From: an uncultured Gemmatimonadales bacterium
Lineage (GTDB): Bacteria > Gemmatimonadota > Gemmatimonadetes > Gemmatimonadales > Gemmatimonadaceae
Assembly: GCA_963851265.1 (NCBI GenBank)
Contig: CAWKNZ010000002.1
Span: forward strand, 352,001 to 416,000
Reading direction: 5' to 3'
DNA: 64,000 nucleotides
Shown: in pieces, positions 9,575 to 18,975 of the stretch
How positions within the stretch are numbered: the first letter of the stretch is position 1
How the letters are laid out: each line of letters begins with the position of its first letter
Position numbers and translations under genes: made by a program
The notes under the pieces: generated by a model
The model's database searches: none
Told to the model about the DNA's origin: nothing
Seen by the model: the letters and a program-made list of their open reading frames with translations, nothing else

Positions 9575-10029
9575 GCCGGCAACTTATCCGATTGGCGTCG
9601 TCGCGGAGCCACGAAGGCGTCATCGACCGCGTCATCCCAGGCCGGAAAGATCGCTCGCCAGCGCTCGGGTACCGGGGTGGGACGCCCGTCGCGCGTGAGG
9701 CAGACGAAGGTGAGCGTGGCCGCCGCGTGGAGCCGACCGGTCACGGCGTGTCGCACGCTCTGCCGGATGGCGTAGCTCGTCCGGCCGATACGCAGCAGTC
9801 CCGAACGAATCACGAGGTCATCGCCCGGAACGCTCTGCCAGTCGTACGAGATGTCGACGTGGCGTACCACCGTCCACACCGCACCATGCGTGAGGTCGGC
9901 GAGCGAGATGGCCGGCTCGAGCAGCGCCCAGCGCGCGTGCTCGAGCAGGGTGATCATCGTGGCGTGGTTGACGTGCCCGAAAACGTCGCAGTCGCTCGGG
10001 TAGACGTGGTGCGTGATCTCGTGGGGCAT
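9571..10029 (-). CDS. Acyl-CoA thioesterase (4HBT/YbgC hotdog family)
   Basis: DCDVFGHVNHA motif. 4-nt overlap with the downstream gene. Confidence 0.88.
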   Translation of the reverse strand: MPHEITHHVYPSDCDVFGHVNHATMITLLEHARWALLEPAISLADLTHGAVWTVVRHVDISYDWQSVPGDDLVIRSGLLRIGRTSYAIRQSVRHAVTGRLHAAATLTFVCLTRDGRPTPVPERWRAIFPAWDDAVDDAFVAPRRRQSDKLPA

Positions 10030-10058
10030 GGGCGACGGGGATCGAATTCGGTGCGTGC

Positions 10059-11522
10059 TCAGCCGCGCCGTGGTCCGGCCACCGCGAGCCTCTCCGCTTC
10101 GCGCCCGCCGCCTTCCTCCTCTTCATCCATGTCCTCCTCGGCGTCCTCGGCGCCGCCCACGTCGTCGCCGATCGTGTCTCGCACCCAGAGGAGCTTGATC
10201 GGGACGAGCACGGCCGCCGTGAGCGGTACCGCCACCATCAGGCCGAGGAAGCCGAAGACGAGGGTCATCAGCGCCTGCGACACGAGGGTCAGCGCGGGCG
10301 GCAGGTCCATCGCGCCGCGCATGAGGAAGGGGATGAGGAAGTTGTTCTCGAGGAACTGGATGGCCCAGAACGCGACGAGCACGTAGAGCGCCTTCTCGGG
10401 CGAATCGACGAAGCCCATCGCGAGGGCCGGCACGGCGGACAGGATCGGCCCGACGGTCGGAATGAATTCGAGCATCCCCGCGATGAAGCCGAGCGCGAAC
10501 GACGCCTTCACGTGCAGCACGAGCATCGCCACGGTGACCGTCACCCCGATCACGGCCATCGCGATGAGCTGCGTGACGAGCCACTTGCGCAGCACGGCCG
10601 AGATGTCGGTGAGCACCTCGCCGGCCTGCCTGCGCGCGCGATGCGGGAACAGGTGCATGAGCCCGTCGTGGTACGTGTCGGGTTCCGCTCCCACGTAGAC
10701 CGCGAGGAAGATGATGAGCAGCACGCCGCTCACGAGCGCGGCCGACGACGACAGGAATGGGAAGAGGTACTTGGTGGCGTCCGACAGCGAGCCACCGAGG
10801 CGCTCTTTCAGGCTCTCGGTCGCCGACGGTGCGCCCGCGGACTGTGGCTGAACCTGCGTCTGCGTCGCGCGCGCGGTCGCGCCGGACCGCGTCGGCGATC
10901 CGGGCACGGAGCCGGTCGTCGCGGTGCCGACCGTCGCCGCCCCTGTGGTCGCGACGGTACTGGGGTGACTCGTCGCCGCCTCGGCGGCCGCGTTGGCGCT
11001 GCCGGGAGGCGCGCTCTGGCCGCGCAGGACCGTGGCGAGGATGCCGTTCTGGTGCGTGCTGACGTACTTGTCGATCTTGTCGAGCGCGGCCGGAAGCTGC
11101 TGCCGCAAAACGCCGATCTGGTCGGTGAGGGTTGGGGCGATGAACGCGCTCGTCCCGCCGATCGCGCCGAGCGCCGCCAGCACGACGAGCGCGGAGGCCA
11201 CGCCGCGGCGGATGTGGAAACGTTCGAGCTTGTCGACCACCGCCGCCACGGCGAGGCCGAACAGCACGCCGAGGAAGACGACGAACACGAGCGAGTTGGC
11301 GAACCAGAGCAGCCGCCCGAGTACGTAGATCGCGAAGACGATCGCGGTGGCGCGGGCGACGTCGCGGCTGCGCCAGCCGTGCGCGCGGTCGCGCCGCTCG
11401 CGCACGCCGAGCGGCGGACCGGTGAGCGGGCGGGTCGCGGCGGGGCCGGCGAGCGGGACGTCGGCGCTGCGACGCGAACGATCGCCCGCGCCGCCGACAT
11501 CTGGGATGACGGTGGAAGACAT
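10059..11522 (-). CDS. AI-2E (PerM) family transporter
   Basis: Multiple TM segments, LEFIPTVGP, QFLENNFLIP, FGFLGLMVAVP. Long Thr/Ala/Ser-rich insertion. Confidence 0.88.
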   Translation of the reverse strand: MSSTVIPDVGGAGDRSRRSADVPLAGPAATRPLTGPPLGVRERRDRAHGWRSRDVARATAIVFAIYVLGRLLWFANSLVFVVFLGVLFGLAVAAVVDKLERFHIRRGVASALVVLAALGAIGGTSAFIAPTLTDQIGVLRQQLPAALDKIDKYVSTHQNGILATVLRGQSAPPGSANAAAEAATSHPSTVATTGAATVGTATTGSVPGSPTRSGATARATQTQVQPQSAGAPSATESLKERLGGSLSDATKYLFPFLSSSAALVSGVLLIIFLAVYVGAEPDTYHDGLMHLFPHRARRQAGEVLTDISAVLRKWLVTQLIAMAVIGVTVTVAMLVLHVKASFALGFIAGMLEFIPTVGPILSAVPALAMGFVDSPEKALYVLVAFWAIQFLENNFLIPFLMRGAMDLPPALTLVSQALMTLVFGFLGLMVAVPLTAAVLVPIKLLWVRDTIGDDVGGAEDAEEDMDEEEEGGGREAERLAVAGPRRG

Positions 11523-11602
11523 GTAGCAGCGTTGAGGCAAGCGAGGTGCCCGGGCGATGGCGGGGGATTGACTTCCGCGCCGCGTCGTGCGGGCTTGTGG
11601 AC

Positions 11603-12880
11603 GTGTCCCGACCATCGTTCGCCTACCTCGACGCGCCCGACGCCACGGCGCGCTTTCTCGCCGGCCTGGGCGCCGGCCCTCCACCATCGGGCCCGACGGC
11701 CGGCCGCCAACCCACGCGCGATCTCGCGATCGACACCGAGGCGGCGAGCTTCCACCGCTTCACCGACCGCGTCTACCTCCTCCAACTCACGGCACGCCTC
11801 ACCGACGAGACCACGGGCGGCGACCGCGAGGTGAGCGCCGTGATCGACCCGCTGAGCGCCGGGCCGCTCGCCGCGCTCGGCGCGCTCGTGGAGGACCGGG
11901 CGGTGCAGAAGGTGTTTCACGACGCCGACTACGACCTGCGTCTGCTGCGGCAGGACTACGGCTGGCAGGTCGCGAACGTCTTCGACACGCGCATCGCCGC
12001 ACAGTTGCTCGGCGAGCGCGCCTTCGGCCTCGCCGCGCTCCTCGACCAGGAGTTCGGCGTGAAGCTCGACAAGAAGCACCAGCGCGCCGACTGGTCCATG
12101 CGTCCGCTCACGCCCGACATGCTCGACTACGCGGCGCAGGACACCCACTGGCTGCTTGGCCTCCGCGACCGGCTGCGCGACCGACTCGTGCGGCTCGGCC
12201 GGATGGCGTGGGCCGAGGAGGAGTTCGGGCGACTCGAGCAGGTGCGCTGGGCGCCGGAGGACGCGGGCGAGGCGTACCTGCGCGTGAAGGGCGCGCGCGA
12301 CCTGTCACGGCGCGAGCTGGCCTTGCTGCGCGAACTCGTGCAGTGGCGTGACGGGGTCGCGCGCGAACTCGACCGCGCCACGTTCCGTGTGGCCGCGAAC
12401 GACGTGCTGCTGGAGGTCGCGCGCCAGGCGCCGCGCACGCGCGAGGCGTTGGGCGCGATCAAGGGCGTGCCGCGCGGTTCGCTCGACGGGCGCGCGGGCG
12501 ACATGCTGGACGCGGTGCGGCGCGGGCTCGCGGTACCCGAAGGCGAACTGCCGCGCTTTCCGCGCGCGGCGCGCTGGGACCGTGACCCCGACTTCGACGC
12601 GCGCGTGGGGCGGCTCCGCATGGTGCGCGACGCGGCCGCGGCGCGTCTCGCGCTCGACCCCGGCGTGCTCTGCTCACGCGAGCGCCTCGAGACGATCGCG
12701 CGCCGTCGACCGACGACGGTCGACGAGCTGGCGGAGGTACCGGATCTGCGCCGGTGGCAGATCGGGGAGCTTGGCGAGGGGTTGCTGGCCGCGCTCCGCG
12801 CAGTCCCCGACGCGGCACCGTCCGATGATCGCGGCGACCGTGGCCAGGCGACCGACCGGTCACCGTACCGCGATCGGTGA
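11603..12880 (+). CDS. rnd: Ribonuclease D (DEDDy exonuclease with HRDC domains)
   Basis: AIDTE, KVFHDADYDL, FDTRIAA, ADWSMRPL, YAAQD, then HRDC. Start approximate (GTG 11597 or 11603). Confidence 0.9.
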   Translation: MSRPSFAYLDAPDATARFLAGLGAGPPPSGPTAGRQPTRDLAIDTEAASFHRFTDRVYLLQLTARLTDETTGGDREVSAVIDPLSAGPLAALGALVEDRAVQKVFHDADYDLRLLRQDYGWQVANVFDTRIAAQLLGERAFGLAALLDQEFGVKLDKKHQRADWSMRPLTPDMLDYAAQDTHWLLGLRDRLRDRLVRLGRMAWAEEEFGRLEQVRWAPEDAGEAYLRVKGARDLSRRELALLRELVQWRDGVARELDRATFRVAANDVLLEVARQAPRTREALGAIKGVPRGSLDGRAGDMLDAVRRGLAVPEGELPRFPRAARWDRDPDFDARVGRLRMVRDAAAARLALDPGVLCSRERLETIARRRPTTVDELAEVPDLRRWQIGELGEGLLAALRAVPDAAPSDDRGDRGQATDRSPYRDR

Positions 12881-13110
12881 TGTGCGGCAGCCGCAGCGCT
12901 ACACGCGGCATGTGGCAGGATCGCCACATCGTGACCGAGTGTGGCGCGCGATCGGCAGCGGGGCGAGGATCGGCGTTACGCTGTAAACAATTGCGATAGA
13001 AGAACTTGCGACAACGTCGCACGGCAGTCGCCGGTGCGGCGCCGGGCCGCGTGGGCAGGTACGACGCGTGCACCGGGGCCCGGCATCCCCCCGCACCTGG
13101 AGCTTCTGAG

Positions 13111-13770
13111 ATGGCCAGCGTTCTTTCGTTCGATCTCGCGTTTCGCCGTCGCACCCCCGCCGGTGCGCGTCGCGCCGTAGCGGCCCCGCCGGTGCGCCCC
13201 ACGCCGCTGCCACGTCGCGCGCTCCGGGCGGTGGGGTCGGCCGCGATCGGGGCGACGCCGGTGATCTCGGAGACGGCGCTCGCGCGACGCTTCTTCACCG
13301 CGGCGCTTCTCGTCGCCACCGTCGACCTGCTGGCGAAGGCGCTCGCTGCGGCGGCCCTGCCGCTCGGCGAGTTGCTCGGGCGCGGGCCGATCGCCCTCAT
13401 GCTCGCGTACAACACCGGCACAGCGGGCGGGATGTCGCTCGGCGTGCACACGCGGGCGATCAACCTCGTCTCGACGGGGATCGTGGTCGGGCTGCTCGTG
13501 ATGCTCGTCCCGACGCTGGCGCGCATCGATCGGCGGTCGACGGCGTGGCTGGCGCTGGTCGTCGGCGGCGGGTTGGGGAACCTCGCCAGCCTCGCGACGT
13601 CGTCCAAGGGCGTGGTGGACTTCCTGGTGCTGCGGGCCGGCAGCCACGCCATCGTCGTGAACGTGGCCGATCTCGCGATGTGGATCGGGCTCGCGCTCCT
13701 GGCGCGGACGGGACTCGAACTCGTCCGCGAAATCCGACTGAAGGGGGGCGCGGTCGCGGTGCCCCGCTGA
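13111..13770 (+). CDS. Lipoprotein signal peptidase II (LspA)-like protein
   Basis: YNTG, GGGLGNL, GVVDFL and NVADL catalytic Asp motifs. GGAG SD before ATG 13111. Divergent, probably a paralog. Confidence 0.75.
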   Translation: MASVLSFDLAFRRRTPAGARRAVAAPPVRPTPLPRRALRAVGSAAIGATPVISETALARRFFTAALLVATVDLLAKALAAAALPLGELLGRGPIALMLAYNTGTAGGMSLGVHTRAINLVSTGIVVGLLVMLVPTLARIDRRSTAWLALVVGGGLGNLASLATSSKGVVDFLVLRAGSHAIVVNVADLAMWIGLALLARTGLELVREIRLKGGAVAVPR

Positions 13771-13776
13771 CGAACG

Positions 13777-13802
13777 CGGACCCCCGCCTTCGCGGGGGTC
13801 CG
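13777..13802. terminator. Hairpin between convergent genes
   Basis: CGGACCCCCGC-CTTC-GCGGGGGTCCG. Confidence 0.55.
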
Positions 13803-13806
13803 ACGG

Positions 13807-14208
13807 TCAGAATCCCATGTATGCCCGGACGCGCGGCTCGATGCGGTCGGGGGTCCAGGGCGGCGACCACACGAGATTCATCTCGACATCGCCCACTCCG
13901 GGAAGCGATCGCAGCTGGTCCTCGGCTTCCTTCATGATGTCCGGGCCGGACGGGCACCCCGGCGAGGTCAGGCTCATGTCGACGCGCACGAGGTCACCGA
14001 CGACGTCGATCTCGTAAACGAGTCCGAGATCGACGATGTTCAGGTTGAGTTCGGGGTCCTTGACCCGACGCAGGGCCAGCCTCGCCTGGTCGCGGCTGAC
14101 GGCCGGCGCATCGTCCGGATCGGACGCGTCGTGCTCGGCGGGTGCAGGAGCGGACGCGGCGTCCGCGATCGCGTCCGCGTCGTCCGGGGTGAGATCGGGT
14201 GTGGACAT
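13807..14208 (-). CDS. Metal-sulfur cluster assembly factor (DUF59/SufT-like)
   Basis: VKDPELNLNIVDLGLVY, LTSPGCP, VWSPPWTPDRI. Confidence 0.92.
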   Translation of the reverse strand: MSTPDLTPDDADAIADAASAPAPAEHDASDPDDAPAVSRDQARLALRRVKDPELNLNIVDLGLVYEIDVVGDLVRVDMSLTSPGCPSGPDIMKEAEDQLRSLPGVGDVEMNLVWSPPWTPDRIEPRVRAYMGF

Positions 14209-14215
14209 GACTCGA

Positions 14216-15775
14216 TTACCCGCGGTGCGTCGCCGAGTGCCCGTGGGCGCTCTTCGACGCGGAAGCTTTGCTCTTGGCGCTCGACTCGTGCGAGGCGTGC
14301 GACGATTTGTGGGACGCGGCGTGGGACCCGTGACTCGAGACGTTCGTCGAACCCTTCGCGTGCTTCGCGCCGTGTTTCGCGCTGGCGGATTCGTGGTGCG
14401 ACTTGCTGCCGTGGTGCGACCGGCTGCTCGCGTGGCGTGAGGTGGCGCGTTCGGGCGCGCGGTTCCAGCCAGTCTCGTCGTCCGCTCGGAAGCTCGCGGG
14501 CATGTCGCGCACGCCGCGCGGGTCGTCGAGCACGGCGAGTTCGGCGGCGTCGGCGAGGTCGGCGCGCACGTCGGCGATCACCTTGGCCGGGCGGCGGGCG
14601 CGCGCCTCGTGCACCCGGTTGGTGAGCAGCACGACGAACATGTTGCGGTCGGGGTCCATCCAGAGCGACGTGCCGGTGAACCCGGTGTGGCCGAACGCGG
14701 TCTCGCCCATGAGCGAGCCGCAGGACCCGCTCGTGCTGCCGCCCAGGCAGGTGTCCCAGCCGAGGGCCCGGGACCCGGCCTCGCGGTGGGTGAAGAGGCG
14801 GACGGTGCTGTCGGCGAAAACGCGGACGCCGGCGTAGGTGCCGCCGTTGAGCAGGGTCTGCGCGAAGATGGAGAGGTCGGCGGCCGAGCTGAAGAGCCCC
14901 GCGTGCCCGGCGACGCCGCCTAACGCGTACGCGTTCTCGTCGTGCACCTCGCCGCGCAGCGGGTAGCCGCGGGGGGGGGCGACTTCGGTGGGTGCGATCC
15001 GGTTGCGCAGCGGCGCGGGGGGGCGGAAGTACGTGTCGTTCATGCCCAACGGTCCGTAGACGCGCTGCGCGAGGAAGGCGTCGAGGCGCTGGCCGCTCAC
15101 GGCCTCGACGACGAAGCCGAGCATGTCGGCGCCGAGGTCGGAGTACTCGTAGCAGACGCCCGGCGCGCAGCCGAGCGGCGTCTCGATGACGATGCGGCGC
15201 GCCTCGGCGGGCGAGGAGGCGAGGCGCCAGAGGTCACGCCCTGCGGGCAGGCCGGAGCGGTGCAGAAGCAGGTGGCGGACGGTGACGCGGTCCTTGGCGC
15301 CGCCCGAGAACGCGGGGACGTAGGTGCGCACCGGCGCGTCGAGGTCGATCTTGCCCTCGTCGTAGAGCACCATGATGGCCGACGTGGTGCCGACGACCTT
15401 GGTGAGCGAGGCGAGGTCGTAGATCGAGTGCTCGTCGGCCGGCGGGCTGTCCGCGGTCCACCCGAGGTGGCCGTAGCCGCGTTTGACGACGGAATACCCG
15501 CCGCGCCCCACGACCACCGCCGCGCCGGGATAGCCGCCCGCGCTGATGCCGCTGAGCACGACGCGGTCGACTGCGGCGAGGCGTTCGGCCGACATCCCGA
15601 CGGTGGTCGGGCTGCGCAGCGGGAGGCCGTCCGAGAGCGGGGCGGTGAGCGCCGCGAATGCGCGCACGACGCCGGGCGCGGCCGTACGGAGCGCGCCGGC
15701 GGCGTCGCCCGCGAGCGCGCCAGACGTGCCGAGCACCGCGAGCGCGGCGGCGGTGACGAGGGGCCTGAACGACAC
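14216..15775 (-). CDS. Serine hydrolase, beta-lactamase class C/AmpC-like family, with S/H/K-rich C-terminal tail
   Basis: LASLTK (SxxK), YEYSD, LLLHRSGL, GHAGLFS, FGHTGFTG. GTG 15775 preceded by AGGAG. Confidence 0.88.
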   Translation of the reverse strand: MSFRPLVTAAALAVLGTSGALAGDAAGALRTAAPGVVRAFAALTAPLSDGLPLRSPTTVGMSAERLAAVDRVVLSGISAGGYPGAAVVVGRGGYSVVKRGYGHLGWTADSPPADEHSIYDLASLTKVVGTTSAIMVLYDEGKIDLDAPVRTYVPAFSGGAKDRVTVRHLLLHRSGLPAGRDLWRLASSPAEARRIVIETPLGCAPGVCYEYSDLGADMLGFVVEAVSGQRLDAFLAQRVYGPLGMNDTYFRPPAPLRNRIAPTEVAPPRGYPLRGEVHDENAYALGGVAGHAGLFSSAADLSIFAQTLLNGGTYAGVRVFADSTVRLFTHREAGSRALGWDTCLGGSTSGSCGSLMGETAFGHTGFTGTSLWMDPDRNMFVVLLTNRVHEARARRPAKVIADVRADLADAAELAVLDDPRGVRDMPASFRADDETGWNRAPERATSRHASSRSHHGSKSHHESASAKHGAKHAKGSTNVSSHGSHAASHKSSHASHESSAKSKASASKSAHGHSATHRG

Positions 15776-15935
15776 CGAGGACTCCTGAACGACAGACGGC
15801 GACCGGCGTCCGCCGTGTGCGGACGCCGGCGGTGACGGCGGATACGACGAATGGCCGAAGCGCTGGATCTTGGGCGCCACGGGCGCCGTCGTCAAGCCGT
15901 GCGGTCAGGCCACCGCGTGCGCGCGACCCGTGTGT

Positions 15936-17018
15936 TCAGCTACCCCAGGTGGTCGTGGCCGACATGGCGTGCGCGGTCGGCTTATACCCACTGCCGTCCT
16001 CGACGTTCTCCGGCGGCGGACGTTTGCGCAGTTTGCGCTGCTCGGGTACGAGCGACTTGTGGATCGCGAGCGCGGCGACCGCTCCGTCGGCGGCGGCGGC
16101 GATGCCGAGCTGCGGTCCGGGCACGAGGTCGCCGGCGGCGAAGACGTTGTACACGGACGTGTGGTACGCGTCGTCGACGATGGCGTGGCCGTTCTCGTCA
16201 CGTTCGCAGCCGAGTTGTGCGGCGAGGTCGTCGGCCGGGTACTGGCCGATCGCGTAGAACACCTTCTCGACGCCGAGCGTCGTGCCGTCGACGAAGTGGA
16301 GCGACCGTAGCGCGTGGTCGCGGAAGTTCAGCTCCTTGATGGACGTCGTGACCACCGGGATGCCGTTCGCCGCGAGCTTCTCCGAGAGTTCCTCGTCCAT
16401 CTCGGGCTCGTGCCCCGCGGTGCAGACGGTGATGTCTTCGGTCCAGGTGGTGAGGTTGAGCGCCATCCCGACCGCTTTTCGCCCCCACCCGAGCACCACC
16501 GTCTTCTTGCCATGCGCGTCGTAACCGTCGCAGTCGGGGCAGACGTGCGCCTTGTCGCCGTAGATCTGTTCGAGTCCCGGCACTCGGGGCCACACGTCGC
16601 GCATGCCGATGGCGAGCAGGAGGCGCCGCGCGTAAACGGGCGTGGTGTCGGCGTGCAGCGCGTTGTCGTCGGGGGCGCGCGCGTGGCTCGGCCCGTGGCC
16701 GTTTCGGTCGGCCTTGGTCTCGTCGATCGGGTCGTACTCGACGAGGAAGCGGTCGGGCGTCTCGCAGCGGACCTGCACGGCGAAGCCGTTGATCAACTCG
16801 ACCCCGTAGCGCCGCGCCTCGTCGCGGCCGGCCTTGCGCAGGTCGGCGGGGCGGATCTCGGGCAGGCCGAGGTAGCCGTTCACGCCGCGCGTCTCCCAGT
16901 TGCGGGGATCGCCGGAGTCGATCAGGGCGACGCGGTGGAGGTAGCGTCCAAGCCAGATCGCGGCGGACAGCCCGGCCGGGCCGCCGCCGACGATGACAAC
17001 GTCGTAGGGTTCCGTCAT
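15936..17018 (-). CDS. NAD(P)/FAD-dependent oxidoreductase, thioredoxin-reductase-like
   Basis: VIVGGGPAGLSAA, HVCPDCDG redox motif, NVFAAGD. Confidence 0.88.
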   Translation of the reverse strand: MTEPYDVVIVGGGPAGLSAAIWLGRYLHRVALIDSGDPRNWETRGVNGYLGLPEIRPADLRKAGRDEARRYGVELINGFAVQVRCETPDRFLVEYDPIDETKADRNGHGPSHARAPDDNALHADTTPVYARRLLLAIGMRDVWPRVPGLEQIYGDKAHVCPDCDGYDAHGKKTVVLGWGRKAVGMALNLTTWTEDITVCTAGHEPEMDEELSEKLAANGIPVVTTSIKELNFRDHALRSLHFVDGTTLGVEKVFYAIGQYPADDLAAQLGCERDENGHAIVDDAYHTSVYNVFAAGDLVPGPQLGIAAAADGAVAALAIHKSLVPEQRKLRKRPPPENVEDGSGYKPTAHAMSATTTWGS

Positions 17019-17082
17019 AGGGTCGCCTGCGGGGGCAGGCGGCATGCCACGTGACGGTCCCGCGGCGTTGTTACACGTGCCG

Positions 17083-17904
17083 TTACATGCGCCCCGGGGG
17101 GAGGGCGTAGACGAGGCGCGCGGTGGCGTGGTCGGCGGCGGAGAGCTCGCGCACGCGGACGCGCGCGGCCATGACGCTCGTCTGGTCGGTCGTGTGGTCG
17201 AGGCCGAGCAGGTGCCCCACCTCGTGCAGGGCGATGGCGCGCACCTGCTCCTCGTCGAGCGGGTTGCCGTCGCTGTGGTGGAGCGCGAGGGTGATGTTCG
17301 CGTCGGTCATCCACCAGTGCTGGTCGCGCGTCCACACCGTGCGGCCCGAGATCGGCTCGCCGAAGCGGTCGGTCCAGCCGACGTGCACCTCGGCGGCGCT
17401 CGAGTCCTGGACGAAGCGGAAGCGCACCGGGACGCCGGTGCTCTCCCACGCGGCGAAGGCGTCGGCGACGCGGGCGACGTAGGCGGGCCGCCAATCGGGG
17501 AGCCCCGGGGCGTTGGCCACCCACACGGTGAGCGGGCGCTCGACGCGGTCGGGCCAGCGCACGACGGACGAGTCGCGCGCGCGGAGCACCTCGCCGATGT
17601 ACGTCCCGCGTGCGCCGAACGCGAGGCGCTGGCGCGGCGTCAGCGCCCGGAGCGCGGGCGCGTCGGGCTCGGAGTCGGGGCGCGCGTGGGCGGCGGGGTG
17701 CGCGCGGTGCGGGAGTGCGGGCGCGAAGTACGCGGCCAGGCTGCCCGTCGCGACGCCGGTCGCGCGCGGCGCGGCGCCGTCGTTGGGCACCGCGCCGTCG
17801 AGCGCCGCGCTCGCGATGGCGACGAGTGCGGCCGCGCCTGCGAGCGCCGCGCGGGGCGCTCGCGCGCGGGCGGGCGGGGAGCTACCGGCCGGGCACTGCT
17901 GCAT
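17083..17904 (-). CDS. Matrixin (M10-like) zinc metalloprotease
   Basis: HEVGHLLGLDH (HExxHxxGxxH) plus Met-turn SVM. Start uncertain. Confidence 0.85.
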   Translation of the reverse strand: MQQCPAGSSPPARARAPRAALAGAAALVAIASAALDGAVPNDGAAPRATGVATGSLAAYFAPALPHRAHPAAHARPDSEPDAPALRALTPRQRLAFGARGTYIGEVLRARDSSVVRWPDRVERPLTVWVANAPGLPDWRPAYVARVADAFAAWESTGVPVRFRFVQDSSAAEVHVGWTDRFGEPISGRTVWTRDQHWWMTDANITLALHHSDGNPLDEEQVRAIALHEVGHLLGLDHTTDQTSVMAARVRVRELSAADHATARLVYALPPGRM

Positions 17905-17988
17905 CGAGGAACCCACGCAGGCGGAAGAGGTCGGAGTGTGAACCACGTCCGACCAACGCGCGGGGGCCGGGGGGCCGCGCGGCGTTGG

Positions 17989-18849
17989 TCAGCCGTCCGT
18001 CGTCGGGAGTGTCGGCCGGTCCAGGAATAACTCCACCGCGGCGAAAAACTCCGCGGGCGTCTCCCAGAACGGCATGTGGCCCGCCTGTGCAAGAACCGTG
18101 ATCGTGGCCGCCGGGAGTACGGCGGCGGTCGCGCGCCCAACGCCGGCGTCGAGGACGTCTGCGTCGCCGTGTAGCAGAAGTGTCGGCGCGTGGACCGCTG
18201 TGACGACATCCGACCAGTCGTAGCCATCACGGCGCAAGCGTGCAGCGATGGTGACGCCGGTCACACTCACGTCGTTGGGCGGCGCAAACCTCGGCGCGAG
18301 TGACTGGTCCACGAACCACGCCGGCGAGAACGCGCGCGCGTACGCCGCGTGGTAGGCGGGGTCGGGTTCGGAGAGTCGCGCGGGGTCGAACGCGGCGAGC
18401 GCGTCGTGTGCGTGCGGGTTCACGCGCGCGAGGCGGTCGAGCGCGCGGCCGTGCAGGGGCGGCAGCCAGGCGCTGGTGGCCCCGACCGCGTCGACGAGCA
18501 CGAGGCGGCGCACGCCCGCGTCGGGCTCCGCGGCGGAGCGCATGGCGATGCCGCCGCCCCACGAGTGGCCGAGCACGTCCCACGCGGGGATGCCTAACGC
18601 GGCGCGGAGCGCGGGGAGGTCGAGCGCGTCGTGCTCGATGCGCGCGGCGCGGACGCCGGGCGGCGCGGCGCTCTCGCCGCGCCCGCGCTGGTCGTAGAGG
18701 ACGACCTGGCGCCGGGCGGCGAGGGGCGAGAGCGTGGGCCAGAGCGAGCGGTGGCCGTAGAGCAGGCCGCCGTTCACGCAGCAGAGGGGGACCGCGCCGG
18801 GGACGGGCGGGGTGGTCCAGACGGCAAAATCGAGCCCCCGCGCCCGCAC
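17989..18849 (-). CDS. Alpha/beta hydrolase (proline iminopeptidase-like)
   Basis: YDQRGRGES, GHSWGG, HGDAD, GHMPFWE. The true start may lie upstream (see finding). Confidence 0.85.
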   Translation of the reverse strand: MRARGLDFAVWTTPPVPGAVPLCCVNGGLLYGHRSLWPTLSPLAARRQVVLYDQRGRGESAAPPGVRAARIEHDALDLPALRAALGIPAWDVLGHSWGGGIAMRSAAEPDAGVRRLVLVDAVGATSAWLPPLHGRALDRLARVNPHAHDALAAFDPARLSEPDPAYHAAYARAFSPAWFVDQSLAPRFAPPNDVSVTGVTIAARLRRDGYDWSDVVTAVHAPTLLLHGDADVLDAGVGRATAAVLPAATITVLAQAGHMPFWETPAEFFAAVELFLDRPTLPTTDG

Positions 18850-18975
18850 CGTGTGACGGGTGAGGCGGGGGGGCCGGGGCTGCGCGGCGCGGAACGCCGC
18901 GTAGCGTTGGGCGTGGCTCAGGAGTTCACGGGCTCGGGGGCGCGTGGTGCGGCGCGAGGGCGCGTGGGCCGCGGG

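Noticed and set aside
14216..15775. Antibiotic-resistance beta-lactamase
   Set aside because: Motifs fit the broad AmpC-like serine hydrolase/esterase family (GHTGFTG, VHDENA), often involved in cell-wall turnover. Nothing supports a resistance function.
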